A DNA stretch of 64,000 nucleotides from Felis catus (taxonomy: Eukaryota): positions 26,538,001 to 26,602,000 of the forward strand of contig NC_058383.1 in the NCBI RefSeq assembly GCF_018350175.1. Reading direction: 5' to 3'. A model generated the notes under the pieces. That model saw nothing but the letters and a program-made list of their open reading frames with translations. It was not told the origin of the DNA and ran no database searches. Position 1 is the first letter of the stretch; each line of letters starts with the position of its first letter. Of the stretch, positions 13,670 through 25,401 are shown piece after piece. The translations under genes were made by a program, and so were the position numbers.

Positions 13670-14330
13670 AATCTAGGATTTTGGGTTACAGTATATTCAG
13701 TGATTTTAAATACAGATGCAGAGTGAGAAGGAGCAATGTCCATAAGACCACTCTTACTTCTGATACCATTTCCAAGTTCATGGGTCCCAAAGGCTACTCT
13801 TAGGTTGGTTAAGTCACCAGAAGGACTACTGAACTCACTGAAAGCTGTTATACTCATGGTTACAGTTTATTACAGGTGAAAGATTCAGTATTAAAATCAA
13901 CTACTGCCTATACATCAGTCCAGGAAAGTTACGAATGTGGACCTTCCAATTGTCCTTTCCTTGTGGAGTTGTGAGCACAGTATTACTTTCTTGGTGTTGA
14001 TGTGTGACAGATAGTATGCAGAGTATTACCAACCATGGAAGCTCACGCCAGCATTGGTGTCTAGAGTTTTTTATTTGGACTCCATACATAATCAGTTGCT
14101 CACATGCAGAAAATTAGTTTCCAGACCTTCTGGAGGTTGAGTGATCCATGTGACTCAAAGCCCCCTCACCCTCATAAGTCACATTGTTATACTTTCTGGT
14201 GTGTCCCAAAGCCTCCAGGTGAACAAGGACACTTTTACTAGGCACGACATTCTGAGACTTTAGAGATTACCTTCCAGAGGCTGAGGGAAAAGGCCAGACC
14301 TGTATTGGGCAAAGTGAAATTATTTATAAT
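13670..14330. mobile_element. MER21-like LTR relic
   Basis: aactcactgaaagctgttatactcatggttacagtttattacag resembles MER21 consensus as recalled; boundaries approximate. Confidence 0.6.
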
Positions 14331-15552
14331 TTTACAAAAATAAATATATTTTTATATTTTGAGTCTTCAGTGGCTATTTAGTTGAGAGTTTGGTGATTAA
14401 AAATGAGTAACAAAGAATTCATTAATAGATAATTAAGATTTGGTGTTATAGATAATATAAGAAATTCTATTAACTGTTAATATTTCAGTGTTGCCAAACT
14501 GAAGTCAACTCATAATTTCGGCATGCTGGTTCAGTTCTGTTTTTACTAAGTTTGAATTATTTTATCTTGTGGGAAGAGTTTCAAAGAATGAAGTCGTGAG
14601 CCTCCCAAATGAATTTTGTAGCCATTGACATATTTTAGAGCATAGTTTCACCTTGTCTTGTATCCCTCATGAAAGCATGTCTGAATCCAGGTGAGTAACA
14701 GGCATCATAGGGATAACCTTGAATTTATTTGTAAAAGATAAATCATTTTCAAGTGTATTAACTTTTACTAACGATGAACTCCCAGCATATTGTACAGCTA
14801 CTTTATGACAGTGACACTATCTTTGTGCACCATTGCTTTAGGGAATAAACGCATTCCCACCTCATTGGCTTAAGTGCAAATCTCATTTCCTGGTTGATAT
14901 CCATTACAAATTAGATCTCACTGTGAGAGCAAAATCCCTCCATAAGCCTACTTAAAAACAACTTGAAGCAATATGATGCTTATTCCAGTGGCACCACTAG
15001 GTGTGGTGTTTGCATCAAGTCATTTTGGGGTGCTTTTGGGAAATGCTTCATGATAGGGAATTCCCTGACTTCATACTTTTGAGAGTGGTGCTTTTTCCCC
15101 CCTCCCTTTGGTTGCTTTTTAGTGCTTACAAGAACTGGATAAGACCACATGTAGCCAGGAGATACTGTCCCCTAGCACATGCTGGATTGTTGATGTGAGG
15201 TCTGAGGATGTGCGTCATTCAAAATGAATGACCTCTCAGATTTATTACTTTTTCTGTATGTTGAGAATAGTTAACTAAATGAGCGGTAACGAGATTTGCA
15301 TGTGATTTGTATGTTATAGTTAACATTTAAATTCTCTTATGTAACTAAAAAGTTTTTGGTATCCACCTTAAGCTTCTCTGTCTTCTAAGGCATAGAGCGG
15401 CTTTCCATCTCAGTTTTTGCTTCAGCATATGAACCCTAGAGGGCCATAGTACAACTAAAAGCACCTAACCCATGAGTGATATTTGCTTCATGTTTGAACA
15501 ACAAATGTTTTAACCCACTGTCTTCACTAATATTGTAACTACTGTCTTACAG

Positions 15553-15610
15553 ATTGACTTGATGCAAAACATCACAAAGGCTCCATATTATACAGTATGC
15601 GATTTTTGAG
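15553..15610 (+). other. Candidate 58-nt cassette exon in intron 1
   Basis: Branch-like CACTAAT (15525-15531), ctgtcttacag acceptor, GAG|gtatga donor; in-frame TGA at 15560-15562; internal ATG 15597 in frame with exon 2. Confidence 0.5.
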
Positions 15611-16499
15611 GTATGAGCTTTAGAAACTTACCTCTCATGTGGCATGTACATCAGGCTTTAACTTCAGTTTAATGATTTGGGGGAAATTTATGCATTTCTT
15701 TTTTTTTTTCTCTCTCTCTCTCTCTCTCCATAATATTTTTAGAGTATTAAAGGGGCTGTGGAGGTATTTTTGGATCCTTGCTAGTATGATTCTTAGTTTT
15801 AACAGATACATTTTCTCTTATCACTAAACTGAGACACTAATGCTGGCAGATGATAGCTTTTTCAGCTCTTATAACTGGCTTAACATTTATGCCTGCCTCT
15901 TTGAATTCAAATCTGTATTTTATGCCTTTGATTGCTTCATTTTAAGTGCTCATTTCCGTTCGTTAACAGTTTTCTATTTATTGGACTGGGTGGTCTTGTT
16001 GGTGCTAACAGCCGGATACTGACTTTTTTTTGAGACCTAAGCAGTCTAGATATTAAAAAATGGAGATTTCATATAAATGCTGAGCCATTTTGTGCTTTGG
16101 GGTTCAAACTACCTATAACTTGAATTCTGGTTGGAAATGTTTTAATCAGTTTGTATTAAAAGAACTTGGCAACTAGTGAGTTTTTAGACAGTTCTGAGAC
16201 AGTAGTTCCACCCCAGTGAATATCTTTGTTCTTTTCTGAAAACCCAGACTCCCAGTGGGGGATGGGGGTGGGATACTTGGTGTTCATAACTCATGGGATT
16301 TTAAAACCTGTATTTCTAATAAATTGGGAAGTTTTGTTGGTAGCAGATTGGTTAATTTGTTCCATGAAGAATTTAAAATCGGCTGCTATATATTGGATGT
16401 GAAAGCTTGTTTAATTGTATTCCTGTGCTCTTGAACTAATGTATGATTTGTTTGTTAGACTGGAAATCTTGTGTTTATTTAGTGTTATGGTCTTAATAA

Positions 16500-16692
16500 C
16501 CTTGAGCATTCCCTGCAAGCTAAGCATGTCTTACGAATCCATTATCTTATTTAAGCCTCACAACAACTTTATGCATTAGATAGGTATTATCTCCATTTTA
16601 TGCAAGAAACAGTTGAGGCTTAGAGACTAAGTACCTTGTGCACAGTCCCACTTACCTTTTCAGTGTGGAGCTGGGATTTGAGCCCAGATCTT
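16500..16692 (-). mobile_element. MIR relic
   Basis: cctcacaacaac...attatctccatttta...gaggcttagaga...ctgggatttgagcccag MIR core. Confidence 0.7.
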
Positions 16693-18323
16693 TTTTTTAA
16701 TTCATGTTCTCTGCTGCCTTATGTTTACTGCTATGTCACCAGAAAAGTGATACACATACTTAACTCTTAATGGTAAAAGTAGTATATGTAATATATAAAC
16801 ATAATTTAAGCAGGAAATTCAGATATTTAAATATTGGTAGATTTTTGTTATCTTGCTAACATCTTACTTTTCCAGGTTGTGCTAGGTGCCATGTGTATAG
16901 ACGAGTTCAAAATCTGTCCGAAAAGCTCTTAAGCTCTCTTTTATTTTTCAATTCCCTTTCAGAAATTTATGGTATGTAATGGTTTATTATAGGTACGCAC
17001 TCAGTGTGCTATTTTTAGAAACACGGGGGATGCCATTACATTCGTTTTAAAAAGCTCTCATGCTCCATTTTGTGTTAATGGTATTTGAATGCTTACAGAT
17101 TTAGTATGCTTAGAAAAAAAATCCTCATACATTTTTTTTCTTGAAATTCCATAAATTTTATTTTTCCACACCTTGGAAGTACTGAGCCTTGTCGACAAGT
17201 GAACCCTGAATGTTTGAAGAAGATACTCCATTATGGAGCCTTAGTTATTGTAGTAGGCTAAGGTTATGAAATTTTATCACGTTTCAGATTAACAGACTTT
17301 AGGAATAATTTAGATTTGTGTCACTTATCCAAGTTTCATTGGACCTATTGTTTGCATTCTGTATTAACAGTGGTTTAAATATAGATCAGGGTGTTTAAGC
17401 TTATTCAGAGTTGCATGATTAGTATTTTTATGGGTGAGGGTGGAGAAAAGATGATAAATTGAAATATATACACAAACACTGAAGTCACTCTTATATATGA
17501 GGGAAGAGCCATGGGGGTTGAGAAATAGGTTAGTTACTGCTCTTGGGCAGTATCCTTAAGTTTCCCAAATAATTGTGGGTTCAGAAGGTGTTTTTAGTAC
17601 ATATCATAAAAGTGATTATTTGTAAGGAAGTTACTCCTTTCTGAAGTAGTATCAATAGGACAGGAGCTTCTTTCTTGGTATTGTCATATGCTGTTGTAGA
17701 GTAGTGTGGTCTTATTTCTTGATGCTTTAGGATTGATGGCTGGAGGAATAAGGCTCATGAGAAATCATGAAACACAGCTCCCTGCTTTACAGATGAGGAC
17801 ACTGAGGCATAGAGCTGATCCTCACGTAAGGATAAGGACTACTCTTACCCTGGCCTGCACTACTTGTTTATTAATGTCTAAGTATCAGCGATTATTCTAG
17901 ACAGTACTTGACTTTTAAGTAGATTATGGACTGCAGCCTTCTAATTCAGCTTCATTGGATTACTGATACCTTATTTTTATTTTTCTCACTCTTTATAATT
18001 TTAATAGGTAGTCTCTAGAGTTTAGGAGTCTTCAGTGAAGTCTCCAGTATGTTAAAATAATCTTATTTTCTGGGTAATGTTTTCTTATATCCTATCGAGC
18101 TTGCCTTCAAATATCATTCTATAATTACTTTCCCACCAAATAATCAAGTTAGGAATTCAGGGGAGAGAGAGAGGGAATGTCACATTGCCCTTGCCTGATA
18201 TATTGCCTGTGCTTTTTATTTTTACGACTGGGAAGATGGTAATTTTCCCACTGATTAACCATTCCTAGGAGGAGAGCTTAGGAAGAATTCCTTTTATCAC
18301 ATCATGTGAAGAGAATCGTGGAC

Positions 18324-18435
18324 CAGGGTAACCAACTGTCTTAGTTTGCCTTGAACTGAGGGGATTCCTCAGACACGAGATTTCACTGCTAAAATCGTTA
18401 ACTTTCAAGCACAGCAGGATGAGTTGGTCACTCTA
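18324..18435. mobile_element. MER81-like hAT-Blackjack MITE
   Basis: ~112 bp with termini cagggtaaccaac ... gttggtcactcta. Confidence 0.7.
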
Positions 18436-18673
18436 ATCCTGGTAGTTATGTGTGTGTCTGAATGGGTCTATAAAATGGAAGGGGCTGAAAGCTAGCATTT
18501 CATTCATTGATAATCCTTTCCCCGTTGAAAGATTCATTTGAAATTGGAGTGCTTATTTATAATAGTAATGAAAAAAATTAGAATGGTAGGAGAGTCTTGA
18601 ATGAAAAGATGTATGATTTGGGCTATTAAAATATTTGTTTAAAGTTTAATCTCATGCTCTTCTCTCTTTACAG

Positions 18674-18837
18674 AACTGACAGTGCATCAGCCGACCCAGA
18701 TACATTAAAATATTCTTCATCCAGAGATAGGGGTGGGCCTTCTTCTTATGGACTGCAACCTTCCAATTCAGCTGTGGTGTCTCGGCAAAGGCACGATGAT
18801 ACCAGAGTTCACACTGACATTCAGAATGACGAAAAGG
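18674..18837 (+). CDS. SMG1: SMG1 exon 2 (164 nt)
   Basis: ttacag|A ACT GAC ... GAA AAG G|gtatat; TDSASADPDTLKYSSSRDRGG...IQNDEK. Confidence 0.95.
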
Positions 18838-18978
18838 GTATATATGCTTTCTTACTGTTAGAGGCATGTTTTTTTTTGTTTGTTTGGTTTTTAACCTACC
18901 AGCCTTCCTCTTGCTCCCTCTTTCCCTCTTTCTTTCTCCCCTACTTTTTTCTTTTAATATGTTTAAAATAAAAATATT

Positions 18979-20280
18979 GGGGCACCTGAGTGGCTCAGTC
19001 AGTTTGGCATGCAACTTCAGCTCAGGTCATGATCTCACAGCTTGTGGGTTCAAGCCCCGTGTCAGGCTCTGTGCTGACAGCTCAGAGCCTAGAGCCTGCT
19101 TCTTGGATTCTGTGTCTCCCTCTCTCTGCCCCTCCCCCACTCACGCTCAGTCTCTCTCAAAAAGAAATGAAACATCAAAAAAAATTTTTTTTAAATATAA
19201 ATATTTTTACAGTGCTTTTTTTGAAACTTCATAATAAATTTACCCCTTTCATTTAGAAAAATTTAAATGTGGGGCACCTGGGTGGCTCAGTCGGTTAAGC
19301 GTCTGACTTTGGCTCAGGGCATGATCTCGTGGTTCATGGGTTTGAGCCCTGCATCAGGCTCTGTGCTGACAGCTCAGAGCCTTGAGCCTGCTTCAGATTG
19401 TGTCTCCTTCTCTCTCTGCCCCTCCTCCACTTGTGCTCTGTCTCTCTCTCTCAAAAATAAACAAACATTTAAAACAAAAAAAGAAAAAATTTAAATGTTC
19501 TTTTCGTACATTAAAACAATTTTTTTAAATGGTTTATTTTTGAGAGAGAGAGAGAACAAAGAGAGGAAGGGCAGAAGGAGAGGGAGACACAGAATCCAAG
19601 AAGCAGGCTCCAGGCTCTGAGCTGTCAGCGCGCAGAGCCTGACATGGGGCTTGAACTTGTGAACCAAAAGATCATGACCTGAGCTGAAGTCAGATGCTTC
19701 ACTGACTGAGCCACCAGGGCCACCCCCCCCTTTTTTAATTTTTTTAAATTCTTTTCATACATTAGAATACACATAACGTGGTTTCCTTGCTGCCCAAAAT
19801 ACACTATTATCATAAAGGCTGAGGTTTCCTGACTAGTCTGTCCTCTAAACTTCTAAAAGTTTTTTTTGGTAATTTTTATAGAGAGAGCACATGCACATGA
19901 GTCAGGAGGGGCAAAGGGAGCGTGAGAGAGAATTTTAAGTAGACTCCATGCCCATTGCTGAGTCTGACACTGGGCTTGATCTCACAACCATGAGATCACG
20001 ACCTGAGCCAATACCAAGAATCAGATGCTCAGCCGACTAACTCACCCAGGTGCCCCTGAAAAGTTTTTTTTTTTTTTTTTTAATTTTTAATGTTTATTTT
20101 TGGGAAAGAGAATGTGAGCGGGGGAGGGGCAGAGAGAAAGGGAGACACAGAATCTGAAGCAGGCTCCAGGCTCTGAGCTGTCAGTACAGATCCTGATGTG
20201 GGGCTCAAACTCACAAACTGTGAGATCATGACCTGAGCTGAAGTCGGACGCTTAACCGACTGAGCCACCCGGGTGCCCCT
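18979..20280. mobile_element. Five Can-SINEs in intron 2 (two sense then three antisense)
   Basis: Sense heads at ~18979 and ~19271; antisense copies ending ~19725, ~20056, ~20280. Confidence 0.88.
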
Positions 20281-20507
20281 AAAAAGTTTTAAAGTGCAAA
20301 ATCTGACTTTGGTTTTCATTTCTCTTCTTCCTTGGGTGCACAGAATGAAACCAAAAGGACTTCAAGGCAGGCAGCACAGGGGGAGAGTAGGAGAAACAGA
20401 GGCTGGTTGAGCTGCTTGCAGAGGGGTTGTAAGATCCTGGACTATCGGGAATTGATTGAGTAAAACAAAGAGCCCTATTAAAATAATGTAAATATTGCTG
20501 GTTGTAG

Positions 20508-20663
20508 GTGGCTACAGTGTCAATGGAGGATCTGGGGAAAATACTTATGGTCGGAAGTCGTTGGGGCAAGAGCTGAGAGTTAACAATGTGACCAGCCCTG
20601 AGTTCACCAGTATTCAGCATGGCAGTCGTGCGTTAGCCATCAAAGACATGAGGAAATCACAGG
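20508..20663 (+). CDS. SMG1: SMG1 exon 3 (156 nt)
   Basis: ttgtag|GT GGC TAC ... TCA CAG G|gtaaga; GYSVNGGSGENTYGRKSLGQELRV...MRKSQ. Confidence 0.95.
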
Positions 20664-21164
20664 GTAAGATTGGGCAAACTGGGGACCAGTCACAAATGCC
20701 TCCACAAATCTCCTCTTTTTCCTGGCCACCTTATTTCTTACTAATGTTTTGCACATACATGAGTTGGTTAGTTTACTTCAAGTTGAAAAACATGTATAGG
20801 TGATAATTGTTGGCATTCTTTTGTGAACTGTTTCTTAGACTAAATTCTCATAGGAAAGGTTTTAATACTTTTTAGACTACACTTTCCAGAGAATTCTCTT
20901 AAGATTAGAATACTAGCTAAGATCTAAAGAAGGGATTTTCCTGATTATAGTAGATGATGAATGTATGGTGTGTGATGGGCTCTTACAAGTCCTTTAACTC
21001 TAGGGTCTGTAGGCAATATGGTTATAAAAGGAGTGGGCACTTTTCTAAAGTTAAATAAATGGATCCCACCTTCTGCCTTGTAACACAGCCCCGCTGAATA
21101 GGTAAAGTGCCTTGAATGATGATTACAGGTAATGATGATCATTATTTTTCTAGAAGAAATTTAT

Positions 21165-21391
21165 TTTTTTTTTTTTAATTTTTTTTTTTTCAACATTTAT
21201 TTATTTTTGGGATAGAGAGAGACAGAGCATGAACGGGGGAGGGGCAGAGAGAGGGAGACACAGAATCGGAAACAGGCTCCAGGCTCTGAGCCATCAGCCC
21301 AGAGCCCGACGCGGGGCTCGAACTCACGGATTGCGAGATCGTGACCTGGCTGAAGTCGGACGCTTAACCGACTGCGCCACCCAGGCGCCCC
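21165..21391 (-). mobile_element. Young SINEC_Fc-type SINE
   Basis: CpG-intact, near identical to copies at 27638 and 50576; flanking tagaagaa(a/g)tttattt duplication. Confidence 0.92.
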
Positions 21392-22089
21392 TAGAAGAAG
21401 TTTATTTTGTTGGTAAAGCTAAGCATGAAATTTTTGAAGTTTCTGACGTAAAAACTTTGTTGGATATAGTCACTCTTAGGTCCTTTAGTTATGACCATTT
21501 GTTTCCATGGGGTGTGTGTATGTGTGTGTGTTGTGTGTATCTTGGCAAGTATCTTTATGCATACAGCTTGTGTGTGTGTGTATGGCTTTTAAAAAATGAT
21601 TTATTTTGGATAAATTTTCAGATGTGGACCCACTAGTCAAAGGGTGTGCTGATTTTTAAAAAGTGTTTGATGTCCTTGACCTTGGTATGCTAGAAGCTAG
21701 AAGGTGACCCCAAAGCTAATTTAATTTAGTCCAGTTCTTTCTCCTCGCAGGCTCAGAGTTAAGTAACTTGGCCAGTGGCAGAGTTGTAAATGGAGCTTAG
21801 TTTTCTTGGCTTTTAACCTAATGACATTTTCAGTGTCCATTTTTACTGAACTACTCACTGGGCCAGGGGTCTTAAAAAAATCCTATCCTTCTCTCAGATA
21901 ATTAGTTTTATTATTGAAAATTTTTCATGCCTTAGAAATGAAACTATCAGAGCCTTTAATTTAGTTTGTTTTGACTGTACATTGGTTAATCAATAACCAA
22001 TGCACAGCTGAAAATTTAAAAAGAAAAATTTAGTACTTAAATGTATTTTATTGGCAGTAACCAGCGTTGTTTGAGCTTTCTTATTTGTT

Positions 22090-22998
22090 CTTGTCATTAA
22101 AAAAGGGAAGAGAAGTTCTGGTTTGCCACTTCCCTAGTAGCAGCATGCCATGCACGTGGTAGCTGGTGATTAGACATTTGTTGAACTGAATGTGTGATTG
22201 CAGTTCACAAAAACTTTGTCTTAGGAAAATGATGATAATGTGACCAAGAGAATTCCCTCCACTGGTTACCAAGTGAGAAATGGAAGCATATAGCCTCCTT
22301 CTGCCCGGTCGAGACTTTATCCGTAATCTGTAGAAGTCTCTTACCTGTACTTATGCTGGATGTTGAAGAGTTTGGAATAGATCTGAAGAAAGCAATTTCT
22401 AATCCTCTTTTCTCTCTCAGCTGGTCCTCTGGAATGAGGTGTTTGCTTAGGTTTATCTTTTGAGGGTCTGCTTTGTACCCAGCACTCTGATGGAATTTGG
22501 TTTATAGTGACAAATAAAAGTGTGATGGGACCTGCATTCAGTTGAACTTTTATTGTTCAGTGTACTGTGATTTTTGACGTACTTTGAAATATTTGGGCTG
22601 GAGGGTTTCTGTTTGTCTCTTGTTCACGTTAACGTTTTTGTGAACCTTAATCACACGTTCAGTTCAACAAATGTCTGATCACCAGCTACCATGTACAAGG
22701 CATGCCGCTGCTAGGGAAGTGGCAAACCAGAACTTCTCTTCCCTTTTTTTTTTTTTTTTAATTTTTTTTTAACGTTTATTTATTTTTGAGACAGAGAGAG
22801 ACAGAGCATGAACAGGGGAGGGGCAGAGAGAGAGGGAGACACAGAATCGGAAACAGGCTCCAGGCTCTGAGCTGTCAGCATAGAGCCCGACGCGGGGCTC
22901 GAACTCACGGACCGCGAGATCGTGACCTGAGCCGAAGTCGGACGCTCAACCGACCGAGCCACCCAGGCGCCCCTTCTCTTCTCTTTTTTAATGACAAG
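22090..22998. repeat. Long inverted repeat (arms 22090-22214 and 22634-22745 + 22974-22998)
   Basis: Right arm is the reverse complement of the left with 7 differences in the central ~95 nt. Confidence 0.93.
22744..22973 (-). mobile_element. Young felid Can-SINE inserted in the inverted-repeat arm
   Basis: Full-length CpG-rich copy; TSD ttctctt(c/t variant)...tttttt at ~22734 and ~22974. Confidence 0.92.
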
Positions 22999-23034
22999 GG
23001 ATGCTCACTGAGAAACAAATGCTTATTTTCACAG

Positions 23035-23171
23035 AGCGATCGATGTCTTATTCTGATGAGTCTCGACTGTCGAATCTTCTTCGGAGGATCACCCGGGAAG
23101 ATGACAGAGACCGAAGACTGGCTACTGTAAAGCAGTTGAAAGAATTTATTCAGCAACCAGAAAATAAGTTG
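23035..23171 (+). CDS. SMG1: SMG1 exon 4 (137 nt)
   Basis: tcacag|AG CGA ... AAG TTG|gtgagt; ERSMSYSDESRLSNLLRRITREDDRDRRLATVKQLKEFIQQPENKL. Confidence 0.96.
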
Positions 23172-24114
23172 GTGAGTACAGTATAGAAATGTTGATAACT
23201 TTGTGTTTCCATAATAAAGTAGATAATGCTACCTGGAGTGGTTTAAGAAGGGAAAAGATTTGCTTCTAAGGAGAAAATGGCAGGGATTCCTTATTCCTGG
23301 TTGACTTGGCCTGTGTTATGGTGATCGAGAACTTAATGACCCTGCTGTGTAATTTACCTGCCATTGTTGGATCTACATTGGTATCTTCTGCAATAAAGTG
23401 CTTTTAATGTTTAGTCCATTTATTTTGTTGCCCTCAGAATTGTTTTTCTGTATGCTAGGACAGACCGTCTCTTTGTTTTTCATATGTGAAGTTGGGGTGG
23501 AGGTTACATATTATATTCATGGGTAGGTATGCCCTAGTGGCCAGGGCTAAATAAATGGAAAAACTCTTGAAAGAAAAACGTTCAGGAGCAGTTACAAATA
23601 CACTCTGAGTAATTCTCCTAATGTGAAATTAAGAACTTGATGTGGAGCAGGAAAAGATTAATGAGAACGGCATGGTGAGTCAAATAATATTTGGTTCAAA
23701 TAAGTTTTCTGCCTCCCCCCCATTTTATTATGAGACATTTCAAATATATGGCAAATTGAAATTGAATATCATATGTCTGCCATCTAAATTCTGTCATTAA
23801 TGTGTGTCATATGTGACATGTTGCTTTGTCATTTATCTTTTCACCTCTCCATCTGTCACTTTTTTTTTTTTGAGCATAAGTAAAAAAAGCTTTTTGAGTT
23901 TATTTTTTCATTGATGATCATGGTGGTACATAGGAACGGATACATTTCAGAATCTGAATGGAAATTTGTAACACTCCTGATAATTGGGGACTGGGAATAA
24001 TAAGAAAAGGAAGGTGTGCTGTTTGATTAGAATTTGGAGGGGAACATGAGTAAAAAGTATACAGTGTTACTGAAAGTATAGGAATTCAAATTTTTTATAA
24101 ATTTTTTTTTAAAG

Positions 24115-24173
24115 GTACTAGTTAAACAATTGGATAATATCTTGGCTGCTGTACATGATGTGCTTAATGAAAG
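24115..24173 (+). CDS. SMG1: SMG1 exon 5 (59 nt)
   Basis: ttaaag|GTA CTA ... GAA AG|gtaagt; VLVKQLDNILAAVHDVLNE. Confidence 0.95.
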
Positions 24174-25187
24174 GTAAGTAACTATGGGTAATTTGAAGTT
24201 TTTAAAATGCACTTTTAGAAATTATTTAAAAATATACAAGAAGATAAACTCATTGGTGGCTTCATTTATGAATATCTACTTAATGTTTCATTGTGTTGCC
24301 ATCTTTATCGGTGTTAAAGCATTTATATGTTAATTTCCATTGAGTATGAATGGAATCCACTTGAAAAGAAATGCCATTCTTTTTTTTTTTTTTTTCCCCT
24401 AATTTGTCAACTTGACTGAGTAATTGAGCATTGACTTGTGGAATGACGTAGACTCTTAATGCTGGCATGAATGAATGCAATTACCTTTTGTAAACTAGAG
24501 AATTTTGAAACTGCTTAGAGAATAGAGGTGAAAGGGAGCTTCCTTCTTTGGGCAACAGTGCATTCACACCATCTGTTCTACGAGGCTACTGGGGTTCTCC
24601 ACAAAGGTGTGCAGTCTATTCTTCGTATGGTGATTCCCAAAGAATTGCAGTGTTGGAAAGCACCAAAAACTCATCTCAGCAGGTCACGAACCTTACTGCT
24701 TTTTGATGGTTTCATTTTATATAGTTATTAATATACTTAAATCAGTGCTGTTATCCTTTTAAGTTTGTTGCGTTTTTTAACTGTTACCATTTCCTATCTT
24801 ATAGTCCTTACCTACTGAACACTACATTGTATATAGTTATTTGTAGTATGTTTTATCTGATCCTTTGTTGCTGCCCTTTTCTGTGAATCATTTAATGTAG
24901 TTTGAGATGGAATTTGAAGGCTGAATTTTAGTATCTCTGGCCCTTTCCTTACTGTTTGTAAATAATTGATCCTGCAAAAGAAAATCTAATGTCTAACAAA
25001 GATGCTTTTGGGCACTGGGATAGAATAGAGAACACATTTAAAGATAAAATTTCAACCTTTTATGTAGTTTGAATAGAAAAATTTGAAAAATCATTGAAGA
25101 CATTCTTTTGTAAAATGTGTCATTCTTGTCATCTTTGAAATGTTAAGCCTTTTGTGTGTTTTGTTTTGTTTGCATTGAAATAAACAG

Positions 25188-25401
25188 TAGCAAATTGCTT
25201 CAGGAGTTGAGACAGGAGGGAGCTTGCTGTCTTGGCCTTCTTTGTGCTTCTCTGAGCTATGAGGCTGAGAAGATCTTCAAATGGATTTTTAGCAAATTTA
25301 GCTCATCTACAAAAGATGAAGTTAAACTCCTCTACTTATGTGCCACCTACAAAGCATTAGAGACTGTAGGAGAAAAGAAAGCCTTTTCATCTGTAATGCA
25401 G
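25188..25401 (+). CDS. SMG1: SMG1 exon 6 (214 nt)
   Basis: aaacag|T AGC AAA ... ATG CAG|gtaaga; SKLLQELRQEGACCLGLLC...AFSSVMQ. Confidence 0.95.
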
